In this document: positions 42,301 to 48,912 of the stretch, in pieces
Layout: each line of letters starts with the position of its first letter
Position numbering within the stretch: position 1 is the stretch's first letter
Assembly (NCBI GenBank): GCA_029564765.1
Contig: JAKQPK010000050.1
Span: forward strand, 18,977-82,976
Length of the DNA: 64,000 nucleotides
Direction of reading: 5' to 3'
DNA from: Candidatus Omnitrophota bacterium
GTDB lineage: Bacteria; Omnitrophota; Gorgyraeia; Zapsychrales; Aceulaceae
Translations under genes and position numbers: made by a program
Notes under the pieces: model-generated
The model's database searches: none
What the model was told of the DNA's origin: nothing
Seen by the model: only the letters and a program-made list of their open reading frames with translations

Positions 42301-44169
42301 TTTCGTATCGATAACGCCTACGACCCTTTTGTTGTAATAGACATAGCCCAAGGCATCCATTGGCCCAGGAGAACGATTGTCTCCAAGCTGAATCTTTATT
42401 TTCTTTCTATCCTGATTTTGCAGATGTTCTATGGGCCTATAAGTAAATTTTCCAGACAGATCACCTCTTTTTAAAAAATTCTGCATCTTGTCTTCCCTAA
42501 CCACCTCTTGCAGTTCCTTCGGAACGAAACTCTCAAACAATCTTGCAACTATTTCCTTTCGGTCTTTCTCCAATTTTTCACGATAATCTTTATTAACTTC
42601 AAAATCTTTATTACCTGCACTCTTGGGAGAATTTAAGGCTGCCAAATATTCAACAATCTCTGGATTGTCAAGCGCTACCTCCATTCCGGCAATGTAATCG
42701 TTGATCTCATCTGAAATCTTCCATGGCATCTTGTCTTTATTTTCATTATAAAACTTTTTTAAATCCTCAAAAGGGACGGCTTGCTTTAGATAAATGGGAA
42801 ACCACTCATATTGATAAAGATTCTCCTTTTCCGCGTTCGCCAAAGTCCAAGCATAGCCGTTCTTAACACTTTTGTTTAAAATGTCAGAATTTCTCCTTGC
42901 CTTCTCCTGAAGAGGATCATCTGGCATATAGCGATCAACAGAAGTTGTAAGATCATTAAGCTGGCTCCTATAGCTTTCTTCCTGGCTAGGATTTGCTAGC
43001 GCAACATTTGTCAAAAACATTGATCCAACAACAAAAGCGGTAACGGCTGTCTTAAGCGTTGACAAAGGCTTTGATAAAATGGAGGAAGAAATATTTTCTC
43101 CTTCAAAACCCCCGGAAAAATACTTGCGCGCAACTGGTTTCTTCGTTGCAGGGTCTTGCTCGATTCGCACAAAGTCACACACGCCTTTTTCAAAGGCATC
43201 CAGATATTGATCATAGATCTTTTCCGTGGCCTTGGGGTCATCCACATTGACACCTGCGACCTTATTTTTATCGCTGTAAACTTTATTTAGGATAGAGGTT
43301 TTAAGAGCTTGCTTGTACCAGGTCGCCAAGACCATCGCGTGATACATTTGGCGTAAAGTAGCGAAATTCTTGCCTTCGTTGACCTCTTTCTCTAAAAGAG
43401 GCAGAACGACTTCACGGACGACCCGGGAAGAAAGCTCTGAGGTCTTCTCAGCGCTCTCCTTGGATCCTTGCTGAGTCCCAAGCTTTTCACTTTGACTATT
43501 ATTTTCAAGCGACAGGTAGTCCTGCTCCAGCATAACCTTTAAATGACTTTCGGTCACAATCGCTCGGTCAGAATCTTCGTAAACAACGGCTCTGTCTGGC
43601 ACGATCCAAACTTTATTGAAGGTATTTACGGGGATCTTGGTTGTGCCAAATTCTTCATAAGCTTTTTTGTAAACTTTTACCCAAAAATCTTTACCTGTAT
43701 CGCTATCAGGATAAATGAGAGAAGCTGTAATCTGTTTTAGAATGTAATCTTGCGCTAAAAGGTCCCTGCCCATATCTGTCTGACCAAGGGACTCCGGGAT
43801 GATACGGTCATCTTCATAAGGAGAAAGGTTAACCCACAGGTCTTTTTCAGGGGTTGTAAGCGATGCAAGGAAATACTTCGCAAGCTTCTCGCTCTCGCTT
43901 TTAAGCTCATCGGCTTGAAGACCTGTGTTACCGCTATCGATAATAAAATCGAACCTGAGAGGATTGTCTGGGTAAACCTTAATACCGCGCAACATGACCG
44001 GCACAAAACCAGGGCTGAGGTTGACCATTGAGCCGGGAGCAGGGAGGCTAAAAACGCCCTGAGCCAAAGCTTGTGCAGGCACAGAGCTCATCAGAGTAAA
44101 TGATAATAAAAGACAAATAACAACTGTTTTAAACAGAAACGATGTCTTTTCCGTGGCTAAAAAAAACAT
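39319..44169 (-). CDS. Giant (1616 aa) secreted protein of unknown function with a C-terminal caspase-like (clan CD) His/Cys signature
   Basis: Start re-picked at ATG 44167-44169 with SD AAGGAGA 6 nt upstream, giving an N-terminal signal peptide (MFFLATEKTSFLFKTVVICLLLSFTLMSSVPAQALAQ). The 62 codons upstream in the track ORF overlap non-coding direct repeats. The C-terminal ~200 aa have a beta-strand-HG segment (FDIVYVGGHG) and, ~55 aa later, a hydrophobic-strand-Cys-x-G segment (NVILSSCMGG), the order and spacing of the caspase/CHAT/gingipain dyad. PGFVPV occurs near both termini. The central ~2 kb is ~35% GC against ~50% at both ends. Confidence 0.7.
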   Translation of the reverse strand: MFFLATEKTSFLFKTVVICLLLSFTLMSSVPAQALAQGVFSLPAPGSMVNLSPGFVPVMLRGIKVYPDNPLRFDFIIDSGNTGLQADELKSESEKLAKYFLASLTTPEKDLWVNLSPYEDDRIIPESLGQTDMGRDLLAQDYILKQITASLIYPDSDTGKDFWVKVYKKAYEEFGTTKIPVNTFNKVWIVPDRAVVYEDSDRAIVTESHLKVMLEQDYLSLENNSQSEKLGTQQGSKESAEKTSELSSRVVREVVLPLLEKEVNEGKNFATLRQMYHAMVLATWYKQALKTSILNKVYSDKNKVAGVNVDDPKATEKIYDQYLDAFEKGVCDFVRIEQDPATKKPVARKYFSGGFEGENISSSILSKPLSTLKTAVTAFVVGSMFLTNVALANPSQEESYRSQLNDLTTSVDRYMPDDPLQEKARRNSDILNKSVKNGYAWTLANAEKENLYQYEWFPIYLKQAVPFEDLKKFYNENKDKMPWKISDEINDYIAGMEVALDNPEIVEYLAALNSPKSAGNKDFEVNKDYREKLEKDRKEIVARLFESFVPKELQEVVREDKMQNFLKRGDLSGKFTYRPIEHLQNQDRKKIKIQLGDNRSPGPMDALGYVYYNKRVVGVIDTKILLYYSDQEIVSIFKVLNKPALAEEYIKWKQHITELRAQGKAGGYKDMDDWFFSNREWEEPSVDFSGISPSSQNEDGFTGETKEIIKDNFKDFLGETREYLESLKGKKINDSDIAHLTNLLGSITNLNDRFLKSSNINENMDLMENVLKKFPFEEMIEKSLTTESYEGLTYYISQAYDFLGPDYIQKILNNLNYRSLPTKLDREMLERYKNYLSYNNSRFNKYFAAMDISDLLNPEYIDDYLASFHPDAKKYMMENNIHHDQKQDRQSQLKKEYLTHEVDIDEWNDKIRATRFNKATHNIFNDGYNEFFSSIDQDIYSGLGFFRRTVPVSDFNWLIAQKIDPHRLWRELIVKEIIDTDADQQAGRFDFNDLFPSGQNRPTQSYILESLKDIFSNYKLKVSFSDPQSKVVLSENLVNEISQEFALNPIHFRKDIEQYNKNSVKNEISLKDLFNIIKFRTVISGLIVGQKQLSDEFKPYAERIAQTLIFQQNENIDQIKNVLREKGYISALGYSTGKYQGDLDALAKDLTLLSNNIIYLKGIGTYLEFLDIAPTDIVFKDLVSILKHASEGETEFSDLIVDIVDNAPAEVMLVIKQAFSFAKSQGFIDNLSNLSSSAKSYLQALEAGIFKASQLGPKVIDQIVDMRSNPVTLATKTQYTGTVLMVLPESDDNSAFDTEIDIIKSLLDHGYYIYFVSKSNINELKYEMEKFKDNKGVFDIVYVGGHGYTSFYGGTISNGLVLGEAKSQDQANEMIINDQSAPVLKDFLGPLLSKGGNVILSSCMGGIGLDWNKKNTGNVMRTIFPQAGKIFSADESISEVIIDFDEAGKIKQVKFKLGNKDVNVYESSVSWPALLLMLSSIGIRAVGYKNRGENVFLSGELYTAQDLFNITKEYLKSGHGTLQIFSSGISPENSDKVYLADSMQEGEQVGGIDLNATNLELRRTGSSPIQFNLPPEWQGVDLESIPGFVPVIINITPVADLYPLLGLEESSNKIFS

Positions 44170-44262
44170 CCTATTTCTCCTTTTTCTGACAAATAAAGTA
44201 TAGAACATACGCAGCTGAATTAAAGAGGCTAACATGGTTTCCAGGAAAGCGGTTCCTTGGAT

Positions 44263-44351
44263 CGCCATAATCGACTGGCGGCCCAAGGACTCCGAGCCAA
44301 CAGCGAAGGAGCCAATCACGCCATAATCGACTGGCTGCCCAAGGACTGCGA
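44263..44351. repeat. Two 33-bp imperfect direct repeats (31/33 identical, period 56 bp) in the divergent intergenic region upstream of the giant gene
   Basis: cgccataatcgactggcggcccaaggactccga at 44263-44295 and cgccataatcgactggctgcccaaggactgcga at 44319-44351. A 7-bp inverted repeat TCCTTGG/CCAAGGA (44253-44259 and 44283-44289) brackets copy 1. The copies lie ~95-180 bp upstream of the giant gene's ATG and ~80-135 bp upstream of a weak promoter (poor -35, -10 TATACT at 44197-44202). Confidence 0.5.
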
Positions 44352-44431
44352 ACATTAAAAAATTTGAGAAACGGCTGGCAAAAAAATAGAAAAATATAAT
44401 TACATATTAAACTTTAACTTAGTTTCGCTTT

Positions 44432-44462
44432 ACATATCTATTGCTAATGATTTCTGATTTTT
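44432..44462 (+). promoter_or_regulatory. Candidate promoter TTGCTA-17-TATAAT for cinA/thpR, implying a near-leaderless transcript
   Basis: Plus strand -35 TTGCTA (44432-44437), 17-nt spacer, -10 TATAAT (44457-44462). The predicted TSS at ~44469 is only 4-5 nt before the tandem ATGATG at 44474, and neither candidate start has an SD. Confidence 0.35.
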
Positions 44463-44950
44463 CTATAATAACGATGATGCAAATAGCTAAGAAAGTCGCC
44501 CACACTCTTATTCAGCGCCATCAAACCTTATCGGTCGCGGAATCATGCACTGGTGGCTTTCTCGCGCACACCTTCACCAATATCCCGGGCAGTTCACAGT
44601 TCTTCAAGCTTGGGGTCATCGCCTATGCCAACGAAGCTAAGACGATCGTTTTGAACGTGCCGGCGCAAACGATCGCTTCCAAAGGCGCTGTAAGCCTTCT
44701 GACCGTCAAGCGCATGGCCAAAGGTGTTCGCTCAATCCTAAAAACGGATTTCAGCGTGGCGATCAGCGGTATTGCTGGCCCAACGGGCTCTACAGAAAAG
44801 AAACCCATTGGCCTGGTCATGATCGCTATCGCCTCTCACAAGAGGGTCCGTGCGGCAAAGTTTCGTTTTCACGGCTCTCGTCTTTCCATCAAAAAACAAG
44901 CTACCGCCAAGGCGCTTAAGCTACTGTTAGCGCTTATCAATGAAAAATAA
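44441..44950 (+). CDS. CinA C-terminal domain protein (nicotinamide-nucleotide amidohydrolase PncC-like)
   Basis: LSVAESCTGG...ISGIAGP motifs of the CinA_C/PncC family; ~160 aa. The alternative start at 44474 is equally plausible. Confidence 0.8.
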   Translation: MLMISDFSIITMMQIAKKVAHTLIQRHQTLSVAESCTGGFLAHTFTNIPGSSQFFKLGVIAYANEAKTIVLNVPAQTIASKGAVSLLTVKRMAKGVRSILKTDFSVAISGIAGPTGSTEKKPIGLVMIAIASHKRVRAAKFRFHGSRLSIKKQATAKALKLLLALINEK

Positions 44951-45512
44951 TTCCATGCGCGTCTTTGTAGGCATTGATCTTGATAAAAATATCAAGGATG
45001 CCATCAATGAATTGCGCCAAGACCTTAGATCCTGTAATGAGGATGTTCGATGGGTTGAGCCGCAGAACGCTCACCTGACATTAAAATTCATTGGAGATGT
45101 TAAAAGCGATAAGATCGATGATCTTTCTCGTACGCTGGTCGATACGCTCAAGGACGTAAAAGCCTTCACCATTAAAATAGATCACTTCGGTTGCTTTCCA
45201 AACGAAAAACGAGCACAAATATTATGGCTCGGCGTGAGCACAGGCGCCAAGAAGGCCGGACATATCGCGGAAATGCTCGAGCAGCGATTAGAACCGTTTT
45301 GTTCGGACAAGAATAAAAAAGTCTTTTTACCTCACATCACGATCGCAAAAGCAAGAAACGTAAAAGATCTTAACAGGGTTATTGCCCTTATCAAGGAAAG
45401 AAAACATATCCTATCGTTTCAGCAAAATGTTTCAAGCATCATCCTCTTCAAAAGCGTAATTAGTCCTTCTGGGGCAATATATAAAAAAATGATAAATGTA
45501 TATATAAGTTAG
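44940..45512 (+). CDS. thpR: RNA 2',3'-cyclic phosphodiesterase / 2'-5' RNA ligase (ThpR/LigT, 2H family)
   Basis: Two HxT/S motifs, HLTLKF and HITIAK, with the expected spacing; ~185 aa. The alternative ATG at 44955 would give a protein starting MRVFVGIDL. Confidence 0.8.
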   Translation: MKNNSMRVFVGIDLDKNIKDAINELRQDLRSCNEDVRWVEPQNAHLTLKFIGDVKSDKIDDLSRTLVDTLKDVKAFTIKIDHFGCFPNEKRAQILWLGVSTGAKKAGHIAEMLEQRLEPFCSDKNKKVFLPHITIAKARNVKDLNRVIALIKERKHILSFQQNVSSIILFKSVISPSGAIYKKMINVYIS

Positions 45513-45731
45513 TTTATGCATATATTATGTTTTTCATGTCACTTAAAATTATTACGAGTAAGTCTGCGTAACTATATAGTAATATAAGTAATATACAATA
45601 TGATATTATGAGTAATAATGAGTAAATTTATATATAATTAGGTAACTAAGTAGGTGTTTCAATCATGATCACAAATTTATGAAAATATAATATAATATAT
45701 AATAAGTAATTATAGGTAAGTTTGAATAACT

Positions 45732-46163
45732 CTATATTGATATGGTCCTGATCAGGACATGCATGAGGATGTTTGTATAAAGACCGGCAAGAAGATCATC
45801 TGCTATAATACCTATCCCCCCTCTAAGCTTCTCGAGGTGATTCGCGGGATAGATCTTGAACATATCAAAAGCTCTGAACAGAAAGAAAGCGATGATCAGG
45901 ACCTTTGAAGTAAGAGGCAATAAAAATAAAGCCACCATCATGCCTAGAACCTCATCGATAACAACGCAAGAAGGATCATGCTTGCCTACAATTTTCTCAG
46001 TCCGCTCAGATGCCAGAAAGCCAATGACCAACAGAACGGCAAACACCGCAAGATAGAGCGCGAGATTATGAGAAAGCGCGATGCTGATCATCGCACCGGC
46101 AAAACTTGCGACAGTTCCAGGCGCAATAGGGATCTCTCCTACATAAAAAAAAGTGGCTATCAT
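45732..46163 (-). CDS. pgpA: Phosphatidylglycerophosphatase A
   Basis: PIAPGTVASFAG...DPSCVVIDEVLGMM motifs. Start uncertain, ATG 46163 versus the track's TTG 46205; the end is firm. Confidence 0.75.
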   Translation of the reverse strand: MIATFFYVGEIPIAPGTVASFAGAMISIALSHNLALYLAVFAVLLVIGFLASERTEKIVGKHDPSCVVIDEVLGMMVALFLLPLTSKVLIIAFFLFRAFDMFKIYPANHLEKLRGGIGIIADDLLAGLYTNILMHVLIRTISI

Positions 46164-46173
46164 TCTTGCTATC

Positions 46174-46767
46174 TTATTGACCACGGCTTCCTTCCAATGA
46201 AACAAGATTACGGTTATTCCACAGATATGAAAACCCAGAAATAAGAGTTAGCGCGACTGTCACGACCATCGTTAGATTGATGCCAACGGTCCACCACAGC
46301 TCAACTGTGCTCGTCCAGCCCGACAAAGCAACAACAGATCGTTCAAAGATAATAAAACCAAGAATGATAAAAACAGCGGCTATCTGCGAAACGGTCTTGT
46401 GTTTGCCAGCTTTTTCCGCCGCGATCACTTTTTTCTTTGTGAGCGCGAACATGCGCAATCCTGTAATGAGGATCTCACGCGCCAAGATCAGCATCATCAT
46501 CCAATCAGCGATAATGCGCATTTGCACAAAAACAACAAAAGCAGATAAGATCAAAAGTTTGTCCGCGATCGGGTCCATCAGCTTGCCAAGATCATTCTCT
46601 AAGCCATACTTACGGGCAACATATCCATCAAAATAATCCGTAAGAGACGCGATCGTAAAGATGAATGTCGCGATAATGGCGGGCGCAACCCCCGGCTGAT
46701 GGATAAAAATAATAAAAACGAACGCGAGGATGATCCGTGAAAAAGTTAGTTGATTCGCTAGATTCAT
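46174..46767 (-). CDS. pgsA: CDP-diacylglycerol--glycerol-3-phosphate 3-phosphatidyltransferase
   Basis: CDP-alcohol phosphatidyltransferase motif DYFDGYVAR...G...DPIADK; ~195 aa membrane protein. Confidence 0.85.
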   Translation of the reverse strand: MNLANQLTFSRIILAFVFIIFIHQPGVAPAIIATFIFTIASLTDYFDGYVARKYGLENDLGKLMDPIADKLLILSAFVVFVQMRIIADWMMMLILAREILITGLRMFALTKKKVIAAEKAGKHKTVSQIAAVFIILGFIIFERSVVALSGWTSTVELWWTVGINLTMVVTVALTLISGFSYLWNNRNLVSLEGSRGQ

Positions 46768-46772
46768 GATCT

Positions 46773-48101
46773 TTAATATTTTGCTAAAAGGTCGTATTCA
46801 CGGCTTGCAGTGATCTCTGCCCGGATTATGTCTGAGACCGCAAGGTTTTTTTTCGATTCCACGATCACAATGCCATCGACAGCAGGAGCATCGTATTGGC
46901 TTCGCCCTAAGAAAACATTCTTATCTTTCTTCTTGTCGATCAGGATCTGCAGGGTCTGACCGAGCAAACGCTTCAGCTTTTTCTTAGAGATCTCCTGCTG
47001 AAGACGCATGAGCGTATTATAGCGCTCCCGCTTTACTTTGTCAGGTATTTGATGAGGGATTTTTGACGCATCCGTCCCCTCTTGCGCTGAATACATAAAG
47101 ACACCTACGCGATCAAATTGAACATGACGGACAAAGTCGCAAAGCTCCTGGAACATCTTGTCCGTTTCGCCTGGATACCCGACGATGAAAGCTGTTCGCA
47201 AAGCCGCTGATGGCAGCATCCTGCGGATCTTATCGATCAAGGACAATGTTTGCTTTTTTGAGAAATGACGGTTCATGGAACTTAAGATACGATCATTGAT
47301 ATGCTGAAAAGGAACATCAATATATTGACAAATGCGCTCATTGTGGGCGATCGTTGATAATAGCTCATGCGTGATATGTTTCGGGAACGCATAAAGCAGC
47401 CGAAACCAACGGATATTCTTTGTCGCTTTTAAAAGTGCTCGCAAAAGCTTATCCAAGGACTTATCTCCATAGCAGTCCATACCATACGCTGTGATATCTT
47501 GTCCAATGAGATTAACTTCCTTGAAACCTTGCGCGTCAAGGATCTTGGCTTCCCGCACAATATCGGCAATAACGCGTGAGGCGAAACGACCCTTGATCTT
47601 CGGGATCACGCAAAAACTGCAATGATTATAGCAACTTTCGCAGATCTTCAAGTACGCATAGGACGCGGGGGTAAGGATCTTGCGAGTTGTCTTTTCTTGG
47701 GGCTTCAGGGAGCGGATACCGAACACATGATCCACGTCAGGAAATTCTTTTTGAAAAAGATGGGAATAGCGCTGAGAAAAGCATCCGATAATGATAATGC
47801 GCTCGATCTTCTTCTGCCGCTTAAGATCAACCAATTCAAGGATCGTGTCGATCGTCTCTTTTTGAGCATCAGCGATAAAGGCACACGTGTTAACGATCAC
47901 GGTATGCGCTGTGCTGAGATCGCTTAAGACCGCGCGCTGAACGCTGAGCTGTCCCAATAAATTCTCTGCATCCACAAGGTTGCGGGCACAGCCTAAATTG
48001 ATAAGGGCAACCCTTTCCAAGGGAGTGATCAGGCTTACAGCTTCCCTGGCGTCAGCCAAAGGAGCTTGGGGAAAGGATTTAATCTTCGATCGTAAAACCA
48101 T
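46773..48101 (-). CDS. rimO: Ribosomal protein S12 methylthiotransferase RimO (MiaB-family radical SAM plus TRAM)
   Basis: N-terminal MTTase domain (LGCARNLVDAE...NTCAFI), radical SAM CxxxCxxC (CYNHCSFCVIP) and a C-terminal TRAM domain. The GCxxNxxDSE-like N-terminus favours RimO over MiaB. The start may be a non-ATG codon. Confidence 0.7.
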   Translation of the reverse strand: MVLRSKIKSFPQAPLADAREAVSLITPLERVALINLGCARNLVDAENLLGQLSVQRAVLSDLSTAHTVIVNTCAFIADAQKETIDTILELVDLKRQKKIERIIIIGCFSQRYSHLFQKEFPDVDHVFGIRSLKPQEKTTRKILTPASYAYLKICESCYNHCSFCVIPKIKGRFASRVIADIVREAKILDAQGFKEVNLIGQDITAYGMDCYGDKSLDKLLRALLKATKNIRWFRLLYAFPKHITHELLSTIAHNERICQYIDVPFQHINDRILSSMNRHFSKKQTLSLIDKIRRMLPSAALRTAFIVGYPGETDKMFQELCDFVRHVQFDRVGVFMYSAQEGTDASKIPHQIPDKVKRERYNTLMRLQQEISKKKLKRLLGQTLQILIDKKKDKNVFLGRSQYDAPAVDGIVIVESKKNLAVSDIIRAEITASREYDLLAKY

Positions 48102-48912
48102 CTTGATTAACGATGATTCTTTTGATGCGGCGGGTTGTTCGGGTAAAGGAGCTCTGCGGCTGGCCGTTCAACTCAAACTCAAGATCTGCAAGATTCTTGC
48201 CGGTGATCTCGATCGAATCGTTAGCCTGCCAAGACTCCGCAGCGCCTTTGGACAGGGTAAATCTTGATAGATCAACGCCGTCCATGCGAACACTGATCCA
48301 GGTTGCCTTTTTTGAGCGAACGGTCAAATTGATCTTTTGTTTCTTGCGCTTTTCGCTTGTCGCCAAGGAAGATGTGTTTTTTTGCGAAGCTGTTTGCGCA
48401 ACGGACACGGTTGAAGGTCGCTTTGCCTCGGTCGTCTTTTCAGCCTGCTTTTTGACCACGTCGGCCTTCTGAATGGTTTTCGCTTGGGGCTTTTCATCCT
48501 GATGAGGCCGGGATCTGATCCAGCATCCGGCAAGACGCACAACGATCAGCACAGCGATCAACGCCCCTAAGACCTTGAGCGTATTCTTGATCTGCACCCT
48601 TGTCATTAAAGGAGCGCTTTCATCTTCCCAGATCGTCTTTCCTTTATGGAATTTAACGGGCTGTGGTATCTGTTCGTCGTGATAGTCCTCAATGACCGCG
48701 TTGATATCCACTCCGAGATATTTCGCGTAAAGCTTAACAAATGCGCGATAATAAAAATCCGTCATCGTGCGGACACGGTAACCCTCTTCAATCGCCTTTA
48801 AAGAGTCAAGAGGGATCTTTGTCGCGTCTTGAACCGCTTCCAAAGATATTCCCTTAGCCTCTCTGGCTTGCTTTAAGATAAGGCCCTTCTGGGCACGATC
48901 AGCTAGCGCCAT
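48079..48912 (-). CDS. Helix-turn-helix (XRE-type) membrane protein, RodZ-like
   Basis: N-terminal HTH (LKQAREAKGISLEAVQDATKIPLDSLKAIE), a single TM helix, then a basic/Ser-rich linker and a C-terminal beta-rich DUF4115-like domain. Start chosen at ATG 48912. Confidence 0.6.
   Translation of the reverse strand: MALADRAQKGLILKQAREAKGISLEAVQDATKIPLDSLKAIEEGYRVRTMTDFYYRAFVKLYAKYLGVDINAVIEDYHDEQIPQPVKFHKGKTIWEDESAPLMTRVQIKNTLKVLGALIAVLIVVRLAGCWIRSRPHQDEKPQAKTIQKADVVKKQAEKTTEAKRPSTVSVAQTASQKNTSSLATSEKRKKQKINLTVRSKKATWISVRMDGVDLSRFTLSKGAAESWQANDSIEITGKNLADLEFELNGQPQSSFTRTTRRIKRIIVNQDGFTIED

Noticed and set aside
44263-44351. Direct repeats as a minimal CRISPR array
   Set aside because: There are only two copies, the repeats are not palindromic in the CRISPR sense, no cas genes are nearby, and the spacer is 23 nt. 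This is more consistent with a regulatory tandem site.
44170-44355. N-terminal 62-codon extension of the giant ORF as given in the track (MFAVLGQPVDYGVIG...)
   Set aside because: The extension runs straight through the 33-bp direct repeats, which produce the repeated peptide, and lacks an RBS. The internal ATG at 44167-44169 has a strong SD and yields a textbook signal peptide.
45745-45758. Perfect palindrome GTCCTGATCAGGAC as a bidirectional terminator between thpR and pgpA
   Set aside because: It lies inside the last codons of pgpA (…MHVLIRTISI), not in the intergenic spacer. It has no flanking U-tract, so it is unlikely to terminate transcription.
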